Positions 1-13,160 of a stretch of DNA of 64,000 nt are shown one piece after another. The stretch's first letter is position 1; every line of letters begins with the position of its first letter. Both the position numbers and the translations under genes were made by a program. The DNA lies in assembly GCA_024679065.1 (NCBI GenBank), contig JAGIQG010000012.1, positions 55,242,001 to 55,306,000 on the forward strand, in the 5' to 3' direction. The stretch comes from Sphyrna mokarran (taxonomy: Eukaryota). The notes beneath the pieces are model-generated. The model saw nothing but the letters and a program-made list of their open reading frames with translations. It had not been told where the DNA came from and searched no databases.

Positions 1-1529
1 CTCAACTCTGCAAAACCACAGCAGTGAGTTGAGGAGCATCTATTAAGTGAATTCTCTAGTTTCAGTATCAAAGAGGTCTCTTATATCTAGAGGCTCAGAA
101 TATTCCTGGAATTCATCTTCTTTCTTTAGGAAGTCTATCTTCTTTCTTCAATGGTGGGTCAGTGATTTTTGATGCTTTTTAAATATGGCACTCATATATG
201 ATAATGGGATGCATGCAATAAAGTTGCTTCACCATTGAATGGGGTGCTAAATCCCTGGATAGATAATTAATGAGGTTAGAGTTGGAAGGAATGGTGGTTC
301 CCCATTGGTCTCAGTAACAAAAAACACTCTCTGTCCTCACCCTGTGACTTAGTCCCAGGTTAGAGAATTCTGTTTTAAGTATTGAAATTTACAAGTTTAA
401 GAAAAAAGAAAGAGAAGTAGGATCATTGCAAAGAGTGGCAGATGAACTGATGCAGTGATACAAAAGCAACAGTATGAATGGCCTCCTTCCGTGTTGTGAT
501 TTTTATAGCTCTATGATGCACTATTTGGAAGCATCATGAATGTGCCAGCAGGTCCAAGGCCACAATATTTCAAAAGGTATTTCACAGGACACAAGTCCCA
601 ATAACGAAATTAGCAGTCGTAGACAACCAAAAAGAAATACATTAATCCACTAATAGGAAATACTTTGGATAGATGATGGTACCATTCAGGGAAGACATAC
701 ATACAGTAAAGTTAGAATTAGCAGAAGCCAGGAGGACGGACAACCAGATACACAGAGTATCTTTAAAGAGAAACAATGATGTAATTGGCAGCCATTTTGT
801 GGAAACAGAAAAGCAATATCCATCCAGCAGACCAGAAACCAGCGTGCAAAGTATCTTTCGTGTCGGTGGTTAAAAACCATATCTCCGCTGAATCAAGAAG
901 AGATGTAACTCAGAATAACTACTCAATCATAAATAGTGTGGTAACTATAAGCTGGCCTTTATTTATATAGATCTATTGGATTGGAGTTTGTTCGGGCAGA
1001 GGGAAGTCCTGAAAGAATTCAAATCTTATAAATGTATTTTGGATTAAAGGGTAATTTCTATTTGAACTGTACGGGTGTGTTTAGAATTCTTGTATGTAAT
1101 TGTCTTACATCTGTTTGTGTATATATATCCTTTCTTTACAGTAAAGTGTTTTACTATGACTGGGCTTGTTATCGTGCTCACTGAGTATCGCATGAGGCTG
1201 CTCACACCATTCCTAGAAACAAAACCGTACCCCACCATGAACCGGTGTTTCAGGTCGGGACATCCTCGCCGTTAACATCAGCCGGGTTCACGACAGAAGT
1301 ATATGTATGCATGTCAAGCAGAATAGAAATTGATTGATCATCACACAAAAATGCCAGACTCATTCACTGTCTATGACATCTGACAAAGAATAGCTAATGG
1401 CTTAATGTACAAAGGGTCACTGCCCAGGACAAGCTGCAACTCAAACAGAAATAACAAATAGTTAAGGAGAATAAAACATCACTTCATGAATTCTTCCTTA
1501 ATACTTCCCTTCATTGTCATGAGGAAACC

Positions 1530-1795
1530 TCCACCCTCAAAAGGACCAGGGCACCACGTGCATGGGAACAGCATCACCTGCAAGTTCCTCTTCAAGACAC
1601 TTACCATCTTGATTTAGAACTACGTTGCTGTCCCTTCACTGTCACTGGGCCAAAATCCTCAATACCCCTCCTAACAGTATTGTGTACCTGCACCACATGG
1701 ACTGCACCAATCATGAAGGTGGTTCAACACCACCTTCCCAAGGACAATTAGGGATGTGCAATAAATGACACCCACATCCAATGAAAAATGAACAA
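1530..1795 (+). mobile_element. 3' end fragment of the tRNA-headed LINE family ('LINE-A', CR1-superfamily-like)
   Basis: catgggaacagcatcacctgcaagttcctc...ttcactgtcactgggccaaaatcct...caattagggatgtgcaataaatg is homologous to 29690-29800 and 30640-30856. Confidence 0.8.
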
Positions 1796-1814
1796 AGCAA
1801 TTTGTAATACTCCA

Positions 1815-2400
1815 TGAATCATAAGAACAAATAGCAGGAGCAGGCCATTTAGCACCTTTTATTCCATAGCAGATATGCAACCTAATTTCCTACATCCATC
1901 TTTGCCCCAAACACCGTTAAAACATAATATATAAAATTGACCAGTTGACAAAAATCTAAACAACTGATTTCACATCAACTGCCATTTGTAGAGGAGTTCC
2001 AAACTCTTACCTCCTTTTGTGTGCAGAAGCGTTTCCTAATTTAACTTCTGTTATAGTTTCCAGACTAAACCAATTGGCCCAGACTGTCCAGCCTGAAGAA
2101 ACAGTTCCTCTCTATCTATGTAGTGTTCCCTCCGAGGCCACTTCTTCTTTCCAAAGATGTGGTAACTAGACCTCCTCAAAGTACTTCAGGAATGGTCTAT
2201 GCAAGGTTTTGTCTAGATGAAGCATGGGTTCTATTCTCTTGTATTCTAGCCCTCTGAATATAACGGTCAGCATTCCATTAGTCTTCAGCTCGGTTCCTGT
2301 ATCTTTTCATAGCATTTTAATGACTTATGTCTCCAACCCCAAAATCTCTTTCTAGCTGTTTCTAGCTTTTCAATACTTAGAAAGTATCCTGCTCTATCTA
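1815..2400 (-). mobile_element. Decayed CR1 LINE 3' portion
   Basis: Begins with the inverted CR1 3' terminus ataagaacaaatagcaggagcaggccatttagc, followed by degenerate RT C-terminal sequence. Confidence 0.65.
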
Positions 2401-2439
2401 TTCTCTGCCTATGCTACCCTCAGTACCTCTTTGAAGTAT

Positions 2440-3035
2440 TGTTCAGAAATACAAATTCATCAGCTGAGGAAGGGTTGTAGTTGGTGATCAGCAGAAGACT
2501 TCCTTGCCCCTGTTCAACCTGATGCCATGGGACTTCATGTGAACTGTAGAAAATGTTGTGGAGTGGTAGGACAGCTCACTTAAGACTATACCAGTGCTTT
2601 GCCATGTCTAATGGGTCTGGTTTACTGGTGAGACAAGATGTGCTCATAGACGGAAACAGAGGTGCTAAGACATTGGCCATAAAGCATGATTCAAGTTGTT
2701 CCTCAAATAGTCTGTTGGATAGCACTCCCAGTTTTTTCACAAGACCTGGATTTTAGGAAGGAGAACTTTGCAGGGTCAACTGGGCAGGGGGTGCCAACAT
2801 CATTTTGGTGTTTAGGTCGATACCAGCAATCAGCCCCAGTTTCATTCCTTGTCAATATTTCTAAGTAGTTTAGTAGAATCTAGTGGTAAGTCATTTCAAT
2901 GAACAGTTAAGAGTCAACCACTTTGTGTGGATCTGGAATCACACCAGGTAATTACAGCAAATTTATTTCCAAAAGAATATTAGTAAACCAAGTGCATTTT
3001 TAAAACAATCCAATAAATTCACGGTTACCATTACT
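2440..3035 (-). mobile_element. 5' part of LINE-A: endonuclease region joined to SINE-like head sequence
   Basis: Colinear with 16350-16925 (catcagctgagga..., cctgatgccatgggacttcatg, gttaagagtcaaccac, ggaatcacac). Confidence 0.75.
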
Positions 3036-3969
3036 TTGGAAGTATCCTTTTTTTTGGTTAACGACATCCATTCATGGGAAGGAAAAGATACTTGTAAGAG
3101 GGAAGCCTAGCATCTTAAAAATTAATTAAATGCAGATTTATCCCTCACAAACTAAAAACATTTGCAAAACAGGGAAATCAGAGGGTAGTGTCTGATCAAA
3201 CATTTTGCTCAAAGTAGCTTTAAAGATCCTGCCCTGTTTCCACAGTACAACAATTGCAGACAAGTTCTGGATGCTTTTTGATTGAGGCATCATTCAAAGA
3301 CAACAGTACTAACATACTGTAATTTTTTTTTTACAAAATTCCCAACAGGTCAGAGAATGGATGGATTGGAAGAGTTAAACTGAGCAGGAAAAGCTTCATC
3401 CATGATCGAGAATGTCTAATTTGAAGGCAACGTAATAATTTCCCAGAAATTGGTTACACTTTTTAGATATATACCAAAGGTGAAAGCTTGTCTCAAGAAA
3501 GGTGTATCAAATAATCTACTTGCAAAAAAATGAAAAGGCTTTCAAATAGAATTCATCAAGTTCTTCTGATTTGACCCATGAGATGACTTGGTATGGGCTT
3601 TGAGTTTTCACTTGGGTTATTAATTGATAATAAATTCATAGGGATGACAAAGAGAAAAGTAGCTATTAGATTTTTGTTGAGTATGTATTTCACAATTTAA
3701 TTTCTCTGATAATTCTGGTGATTTCTTGGCAATCTTATGTAAACTCACTTGCCTCACGTAGTAGGTACATTTTTAACTGCCGAGTTGTAAATTTGTGTGC
3801 CAGTAATTTTAACTTAATTATTTTTAATGTATCCAAAGTTTGACTGGTCTGAATACAAGTAAAATTAAAGTACAACAATCCCATAAATCAGGGAATATGT
3901 TTTGGCAGAAAGCTTTTATAACCAAGAACAAGTCTGCATTTAGAAACTTATCTTTTCAAAGGACAAAAA

Positions 3970-4021
3970 GCAAATAAAAATCTAATATGTTGTAGGGCAA
4001 ATAAAAATCTTATATGTTGTA
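3970..4021. repeat. 27-bp-period tandem duplication (2 copies)
   Basis: gcaaataaaaatctaatatgttgta-gg-gcaaataaaaatcttatatgttgta. Confidence 0.9.
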
Positions 4022-4069
4022 CCTGGATAAATGAGAAAAAGGTTTCTCCAAGATTGATGCAGATGTCCT

Positions 4070-4650
4070 ATAGACATAGAAATTAGGAGCAGGAGTCAGC
4101 ATTTCAGGCCTTTTGAGTCTATTCCACTATTTTGTTTACTTCTATACTGTTTGATTCCCTTACCGATTAAGGATCCATCCAACTTGGCCTTTTATTTCAA
4201 AACAACCTGTCTCCACTGCCCTCTGGGAAAGAGAATTCCTCAGACCACTGATCATCGGAGAGAAAAAAAACCTCTCATCTCTTAGATGGAATATTCTTAT
4301 TTTTAAACTGAATTCCCTAGTTCTAGTTCCTCTCACGAAGTGGAACATCCTCTTGGCATCCATCCCATCAAGTCCCCTCAAGATTTATGTTTCAACAAGA
4401 TCACCTCATTCTTCTCAAACCCAATTGAAAGAGGTCCAACCTCTCTAAGCTTTCCTCAAGATAATGCCTTTATCCCAGGAATTAGTTGAGTGAACCTTTG
4501 CTGAACTGCTTCCAATGCCATTATATCCTTTCTAAACTAAGGACACCAAAATTATCCATAGCACTCCAAATATGGTTTTACCAACATATACAACTATAGC
4601 AAAGCTTTCCTTTCTCCTTGCAATAAATGACTTTCCATTTGCCTTCCTAT
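4070..4650 (-). mobile_element. CR1 LINE 3' fragment
   Basis: catagaaattaggagcaggagt terminus. ORF 4160-4381 (MRGLDGMDAKRMFHFVRGTRTREFSLKIR) is a typical CR1 ORF2 C-terminus. Confidence 0.85.
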
Positions 4651-7600
4651 TCTAATTACAGTAAGTTTCTGCTGTCTCAACCAAGCTTAGCTCAAAGCAA
4701 AAATATTCAGAATTCAGTAAAAATATACAATCTGACTTAAATTGGTGATTAATAATAACTGCAAAGCCAGCAAAGCTCAATGTTTGATTAGTCATAAGAC
4801 CTGTAGTGATATCATCAGAAATATTTGTGGGTTTTTCCCTCTCTTTTGTCCTAGACTGTAAGCAAGCGACACCCTGTCTAACAGAGCTTGACTAACTGGT
4901 TAAGTAACCCACCATATAGCAACCTTTTCATCCTTTTATTTTGCTGTACCAGCGAGCTGACCACATTAACATATAATACATACACTGGAGTTTAACAATT
5001 GCATTCTGTAACTGGAGTATCATATAATAATGGTAAATTTGGGATTTTTATTCCTGTCTAATTTCCACATTTGTAGGTCCTATACCCACTCCTAATCTTG
5101 ACACAAGATCCATCAAGAGAGTATTACAGAAAGTAGGCATTCTTTGACTTTTTTTGTGATGTGAAATCACTATATCAGTTTAAGGAATACAATTGTTTTA
5201 CATAGTAGCAAGGTTCTATTTCAGTTTTATTCCCTGACTGTTTACTGCCACAGCAAACACAAGAACCCAGGCAACATTAGATGAGTAAATAACTTCAACA
5301 TATACTAATCAAGGAAAGTGGCATTGATATGAAATCTATTAATCAGCAGAAAAACCTTCCATCAAATGCAATAATTAAAGGATGGAGAAATAAAAAAAAG
5401 GAATGATGGAATTAAAGACAGCAGCAAAAATAGAAAATTGTCATAAAGAAAGAAAAGAAACCAAAACAGAAACAAGAAGTAAACCATGCTTTGGTGTATG
5501 AGGAAATATCCACTTACCAAAATTATCAACATTTTCTCCAAAGTTGATAGTTTTTAGGTGCTGTAAAAAACAGATGGTTCTGCCTCCAACAGCATCCCTT
5601 GGAACCTGATTTAGCTCAGCAAACAGGAGGGTGTAGCACTCTATTATGGAGGCACATCAAGCAGGCAAAGGGAAGTTGGACAAACATCAACAGGACAGAA
5701 TAAGAAAACATTTCAGCAAGCGGCTACATATACTATAGGTCTGCAATTGAATCTTGATACTTACTGTCAAGTCTTGTATTGTATCACTTCCAGTGTCACA
5801 TAAAACACTACAATATCAAAGTGAATTACTAATGTTAATACGTAAGAGCAGATAAAGCAAAAATACAACCAGACCTGCAAGTTACCAAAAGTCTGAGAGG
5901 AACAAATTAGGACTTAATAAATGTTTGTAGATAAATGCATCCCTACAGCAAGTGAACCAGTGGCATCTAGTGACAGAAAGTAGATTCTGCATTTTAAATG
6001 CAACAGTTAATGAAACCTAAGACAACTGTTAAGTGTAGTCTTAATAGAAATAAATGTTTTCTTTGGTAACAAAGATTGACTGAAGAAAGCTCCATTGAAT
6101 TAGTTTGCCTTAGCCTTATTTTCACAGTATTTCAGATATTTCTACAAATCAAAGATAACTGCACGTAAAATACAGCCCATAAGTTTCCATTTATATAGGA
6201 TCATACTTAAGTTAACAGAGTATTAATAATGTTTTCTCAAATTGTATTAACATCATGTTTACAGCATAATTGATTAGAACAAATATTTTTTTCAAACTCT
6301 AAAAAGAGCCTTGATTGAATGTAAACACATTAAACCATCTAAATCATTTAGAAAAGCTGAAGTTTTGAATGATCTACGGTTATCAACTGACTTAAGTTGG
6401 CGATATGAAAATAAAATGTGCTCATCTTCAAAGTGCTTTTGCCAAAAATAAACAGCTCCCCACCTCATCCCCATTGAGAAAGATTACCTATCCTACTTAA
6501 TACACAATGTTTAATTTTAAGAATTGAGCTAGGACTCTAACGTCCAAGCATTTTACTTTAGCAAGCAAATGGAAAAATCTACAAAAGAATGGCTTCAGAA
6601 ATAGGAAAAAAAGAGAAGCGAAATACTACTGTGTGAATTTAACCACACACTGATGAAGTCAAGCCACACTGGCAGATCCTTATTAGTTATTGGAAAAATT
6701 GTTGGAGTTAATATTGACACAGCAATGTGTAAATCAATATATCTAGAAGGGGCAATACATTTTAATTTAAGAAATGTTCAAACTGTAGCAGCAAATCCAT
6801 GCACTTAGCACATATGCACCATCAAAAGGTTTGCTAGCAGAGACATTAATTCTGCATAGATCAGAGGATGGTAGCTAGGGCCTATTCAGAAATGTGTGGC
6901 ATGCAGCATTTGCTCAGATTCTCATTTTACAAAGAAAGCATCATAAATCACAAGTGAAGCTTATAATAATCTATTTTCAGTTATTTTATGAAGCATTTTT
7001 ACCCTTGATGCAAAGCGCTTGCATTTCAGTACCATCAGTGGCAATAGTTTATTTTTCTATTGCTGCAAATACTGTAGCTAAGATGGTTTATACAAATGTG
7101 TTTATAAAATTTTATGATTCAATTTAATAAAAAGGAAATGCAAAAGAATGCAATACCAAGGAAAACTGCATTTTTATATTGCAGTTTTTTTTGCTTTTTT
7201 AATTTTATAAATAAATCAATATATTATATTTTGTTTATAAATGCTTAACTCAAACCACTTTGAAACTACTCCCATAATTAAATCAATGTCTCTGTAGGAG
7301 CACATTAATATTGAGGCACAATTTCAGTAATTTTATACTAAACCCATTTTAGGCCAAACATTAAGGAAGGAGTAAAGCATAAGATTGAAAATTATATTGC
7401 TTTACATTTCCAAAATGCTAAAATAAATAAATTGAGCACCTTACGAATGTGTTGATTGCTTCTGGATAGTGAAACATATTCTGAACTAATCTTGAAAGAC
7501 AACTCTGTATTTTTAGGACACATTAAGAAAATGGTTTGAATTACACTTGTCTATTTGACGGTCAATATACATCTAATTTAGTTTAATTATGGATTCCTTA

Positions 7601-9179
7601 AATGCAAAAGCAACATGACAAAAATGACTATAGCACTGAGGGGATTGGCAAAAACATTCCTCTCAGCAAGGGATTCACTTTATTGAGGTTGAACTCTTCA
7701 TGAGCTCTAATAGAACTTGCTCCGAACTCAGGAGAGGGTATTCGGGAAAGTTTGTTGTAATGAGAGGTTTGTAATAATGAGATTCCACTGGATTCGCAGC
7801 ACCTGTCAAAGCTAAAGCCTTTGGTATTGATTTCATTAAAGGAAACTCCTTGGATCTTTGTAAGATGATTATCAAGATAGATTGGGAGACAATTTTAACT
7901 CCTTCATTGTCAAAGGTTACTTTGATTAAACAGTGACTGTGTGAATAAAGTTCCTTCCCTGATTTAGGGACAAGGTTAATAATTCTGAAGTAAACTACGC
8001 CCACAAAAAATACCTTTCCAAATTCACACGTGCTTCTTTCATTTGCCTCTTTTCAGAAATGCAATACTAATGTACATGATATCACCATTTCAAACAACAT
8101 AGCACTCTTTCTCAAGAAGCATGCACCAAAGTGTTGTTTCAGAAAAGGAATTCAAAATACTAATGTACATTTTTCCAGAAATAACTTGATCATGCTAATT
8201 GAAGATGTTAAAATTAGGAGAAACTACATACTATGGCATCTTGGTTGTATAAATAGATGCTGGATCAGTGACTGAACTGTGATGTCCATGTGCTTTCATT
8301 CAGCAATAAATCACTTTTGAAAATCAAAGTGTTTAAGTGAAGAGAAAAATGATCCGAAAGATCTGGCCTCAGCGTGCAAACAGGAAGTTTATCTGTTAGG
8401 AGGTAATTTTAGCTGCATCGTAATAAAATGAAACAATGTCTGCTGACCCTCAGATGCCATTCCCATGTGGTTACTTGAATTCTTGCCATGCTACATAGAG
8501 AGCCAGCTCTGAAAGCTGATATGTCATGGCACAGTGACAGTTGAGTCTCATGAAAAAAAAGTTTCCACTACCTCAATCCTCACAAAGCAGCTGTCAAATT
8601 AATTCTTTCACATTACAGTTCTGCTAAAGATTGTGAATGCTGCATTTTTTAATGTACAGAAACATTGTATATTTTATTCACTCAATGGACTCAAACTTTT
8701 ATGTGAATGCAAACCTAACCAAAGTGCTTAGTTCCAATGTATCAATCCTATTGTGTTGTACAAAAATCGTGATCCAAGCAATAACATTTTCTGTTCGTCC
8801 TTTTCACTATTTTATTGAAGTCAGATAATGCAATATTCTATTGTGTTACTACAAACACAGTTTGATGAATAATTTTATGGTAAAATACATTTTCCTAATT
8901 CTATATTTATTACCAGAGTGAAATATAAAAAGACAAGTGGAGAGTCATAGATTCTACGGAACAGGAGGTCACTCAGTCTATCTTTCATGTGCCGGCTCTT
9001 TGAAAAAAACTATCACATTAGTCTCATTCCAGTATTCTTTCCCTTCAGTCATGCAACATTTTTTCTTTCAACTGGTGAGAATAAAATCTCTACAATGCAA
9101 AAGAAAGCCATTCAGCTCCTCGATTCTATACTGACCCTCTGAAAAAGAAAATTATCCAGGCCCATCCTGGCTCCACTCA

Positions 9180-9440
9180 CCCTAAACTCATATTCCAGTG
9201 CTTTTACCATGGTTAATCCACCTAACCTTCACATCTTTGGATACCGAATTGTAATTTAGCATGACCAATTCACCTAACCTGAACACCTTTAGAATGTGAA
9301 AGGAAACTGGAACACCTAGAGGAAGCCCACACAGTTATGAGAAGAACGTGCAAACTCCACACAGCCACCCAAGGCAGGAATCAAACCCAGGTCCCTGGTG
9401 CTGTGAGGTAGCAGTGCTAACCACTCTACCACCTGGCACC
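9180..9440 (-). mobile_element. HE1-like tRNA-derived V-SINE
   Basis: Reverse complement reads gtggttagcactgctacctcacagcaccagggacctgggtttgattcc...gtggagtttgcacgttcttc...gtgggcttcctctaggtgttccagtttcct. Confidence 0.85.
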
Positions 9441-11184
9441 CCAAAGTTCTCCCTCCAAGAGCTTACATACCATTCTCATTCTCAGAGATAACAGACAAGC
9501 CAAAATTCAATTATATTTGATAGAACTGACAGCAAAATGAACTGTCCTTCCAGTAGTATGAGCAGGATTGGATTTTGAAAGCTTTGTCCATTTACCAAAC
9601 TTTCTAATAGCTGCAAGGTGCATTGAAAAACAAATAGATCAATTTCTAGATTGTAATAACTTGCTGCACTAAAAAGTTCTCCTTATCTTGCCTCCAACTC
9701 TACAGTGCAATCGTAATTGCATTGAATTTAAGAAGGGTGGTTACTGACTCTTGCACTAGCGCAGAAAAGATTTCTCCTTATTTACTCTCTAAAACTCTTT
9801 ACGATTATCAATGACTTTTACATTTTTCCTTAACTTACTCTGTTTTCAGCGAAGAACTCTGCCTTCTCTCCAGGTAACTGAATAACAAAATATCCACAGA
9901 CTATATACTGACAGTTTCCTGCATCAGGTATGCTTAAATTTTAATCTCCCAGTAATATTGCTGCTGCCTCAATCATATGCAGCTAATGGTTCTATTTTAT
10001 GGTCAGTAGTGAATGAAGGATGCTAGCTATTTATATTTACACTTTCCTACAACTTTCTATAGGCTTTTGCATTGCAACTTGTCGTTGATATAGTTAGGTG
10101 ATCTTGAGAGGAGAACCAGTGTGAACAGGGTGCATCTCCATAACTAGGCTGAGGAATTCTGAACACGACTGCAGAGTCTAAAACAGGGACATATCAGTGT
10201 ATTGAATTCATGTCTTACAAGCTACAGAAAACAAAATAAAAAAGAGTAAGAAAGATGGGAAGTCTCCAATCATAATTAAAATCTGAAGGAATAAGACTCC
10301 ACTTTTAAAAGGATAATTCTCAGTGCTAGAGAGATTGTTTGGTAGCAATTAAGGCTCATCACACCATTAAAAATTCACTTACATTTGAGTGAGAAAACTC
10401 TAATGGTTTCTGGCATGCCTAGTAAATAATTATTACATTAAGTATGACAAATCTACACCTTCCCACATATTTGAATTCACTGTCCATTTTTGAGGCAGAA
10501 GGGCAGCAAATTTTCTGGAGGAGCAGGGCAACTGAGGCACCAATTTCAGAATTTCAACATTTAACTACGCACACGCAGATATAAAATACGGGCCACTATA
10601 TTGAGTATAGAGCTAAATTGAGTTGTGGGTAAAAACCCAATTAACAATTAAGTTATCGTACAACAAATACACCTCATTTAAGAATAGTAACAAGTTATGA
10701 GAGAGACAGCAAGAGGATAACAAAAAGCGGTGCTATACAAATGGGCTACAACTGAACGCAGCTCACAAAGATGAAAAGGACAGCTGTGATTTTAATATTT
10801 TGAAAAAATATTTAAAAAAATAGACAAAGTACTTGCATTCCACACTGTACAAAATCCCCTCTTGGTTTTATATTTCCACTCGAGGACAGAGCTGGATCTT
10901 TTTCATTACTAGTCATAAAATTAGCCAGTCAGAAAATTTATTAGCCAGATTTGAAGTTCATCAGTCAACCCATTAAATACAATGATGCTGTGACATAGTA
11001 CTTTTTCACCAGGTTATTAGCCAAATGAAAATATATTTCACCACATAAAGCCTGCATTAGTAACTAGAAAATTGGCAGGGGGCCAAAACGATCCCTGCTA
11101 ATTTTTTCTTCCCGATGAGATAGCTTTTTATGAGCATATTCAACACCTGCGATTCAAAACAAAAATAGGAGATTTCAAGTTTAA

Positions 11185-11960
11185 AAGTACTTGCATTTAC
11201 ATGGCATCTTTTATAATCTCAGCATGGCCCAAAGCACTTTATTTTTGAAGTTCTTTTGAAGTGTAGTCATTATTGTAATGTATGAACATTCATATATGGG
11301 AGACATTGGCGGAGTGATAATGTCACTGGACTAGTAATCCAGAAGCCTAGGCTAATGTGCTGGGGACATGGGTTCAAATTACACTATGGCAACTGCTGGA
11401 ATTTAAATTCAATTAATAAATCTGGAATTATAATACTAGAGTCAGTAATGGTGACCATGAAACTAACGTCAATTGTTATAAAAATCCATCTGGTTCACAA
11501 ATGTCCTTTAAGGAAGGAAAATTCAGACCCACAGCAACATGGTTGACTGTCCTCTGAAATGATCTAGCAATCACTCATTTAAAGTGCAACCAGGGATGGC
11601 AATATTCATATCCCATGGAAGAACTAAAGAAAACAAAATTGCAGCTGCCAATTTGCAAACTCTCCCAAACAGAAATGAGATAAATAGTCAGATCATCTAT
11701 TTTGAATGGCTGAGGGATAAACAGTAATAGAAGCACAGTAAGAACTCCCCTGTTTTTTTGAATGGAGAGAATAAATGGAGGCATAAATTTAACATTGCAT
11801 CTGAAACTTGGCATCTCCAATAACACAGCACAGCTTCACTTCTGCACTAAAGTGCCAGCCTGGGTTATGTGCTCAAGCCTCTTACACAGGACTGAAACTA
11901 CCAAACATTCTGACTCAGTGAGGGATACTGCTGCTATCACTGAACCAAAGCTGGCACAAC
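11185..11960 (-). mobile_element. Deu-domain SINE (SacSINE1-like), interrupted by a tRNA-headed SINE
   Basis: L2-like tail acttgcatttacatggcatc at 11189 and head tgtgccagctttggttcagtgatagcagc on the minus strand near 11960. Homologous to 37993-38615. Confidence 0.65.
11298..11633 (+). mobile_element. tRNA-derived SINE composed of the LINE-A head and the LINE-A 3' tail
   Basis: A-box-like tggcggagtga, stem-loop ctgga-ctagtaa-tccag (11326-11342), B box ggttcaaat (11371), and tail caaccagggatggcaata...catatcccatg. Confidence 0.8.
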
Positions 11961-12967
11961 AACACATAGTCACCTATGAATCAGAAGTACAAAACTTATC
12001 TGTCGGTGACTAAATTTTGCCATCTGTAATATACCTTGCTTAAAAATTTGTTCATGGATACTAGCAACACTGGAAAGGCCAGCAACTCTAATTGTGTGTT
12101 GACAAGACAGTGGTAAATTGCCTTTCTGAATTGCTGCAATCCATCTGGTGTAGGGACACTCAAGTGATGTTATAGTTTCAGGATTTTTCTCCGCCATTAG
12201 GGGGTCCATGACAAGATGGTATGTGACTTGGAGGAGAACTTGCAAATGATTGTGTTCTCTTTACGTGTTGATTTTGCACATCTAGGTGGTAGAGATGAAA
12301 GGTTTCGAAAGTGTTGTTGAAGGAGCCTTGGGTGTGAGTTGCTACAAATGCATCTTGTAAACAGTACCAACAACTGCCACTATGTGCTGGTGGTGAGGGC
12401 TGAAGACAGCGAATAGGGCTTCTTTGTCCTGGAAGGTGAATTTGATCCAGGCAAGTCATTTCCATCATACTTTTAATTTGTGCCTTGTAGATGGTGGGCA
12501 AACCTAGGGAAGTCAAGAGGTGAGTTACTTGCCTAAAAAGTCTGAGCCTCTGAACTGCTTTTGTTGCCACAATATTTACATGGTTAGTCCAGTTAACTTT
12601 CTAGTCAATGGTTGGAACGTTAATGCTTGGGGATTCAGCAATGGTGAAGTCATCAAACATCAATGGGATTCTCTCTATATGGAGATGGTCATTGCCTGGT
12701 ACTTGTGTGTTACTTGCTATTTATTAGCCCAAGCCTGAATGTTATCCATGTCTTGCTGCATGCAGACATGAACTGCTCAGTATTTGAGTCATGAACAGTA
12801 CTGCACATTGTAATCAGCGAACATTCCCATCCTTGAACTCCTGATGGACGAAAGACAATTCATGCAGTACATCTGAACATGCTTTGGCCTGGGATACCAA
12901 ATTAAGCAACTCCTACAACTATGTTCTAGGGCTGAGATGATTAGGCTCCAATAAGCACAGCTATCTT

Positions 12968-13160
12968 GTATAGAAGATTGGAAGAGTAGGTCATTGAGCC
13001 TTCAAGTTTTGCCAATTGATATGTTATAGTGTCTATCTCAACACTATACTCCTGCTCTTCCCATACTCATTGGCGCCATTAAAGTTTAGAAATCTATTTC
13101 CTTGTTGAGTATCTTCAATGACTTGGCTCCACAGTCTTTTGTGGTAGAAAATTCCTTTCT
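12968..13160 (-). mobile_element. Short CR1 3' end inserted in LINE-A
   Basis: atagaagattggaagagtaggtcattgagcc...ctccacagtcttttgtggtagaaaattcc. Confidence 0.6.

Noticed and set aside
11298-11390. Functional tRNA-Thr gene
   Set aside because: It has a tRNA-like anticodon arm and B box, but a long insertion, no clear acceptor stem, and it is embedded in a multi-copy retroelement.
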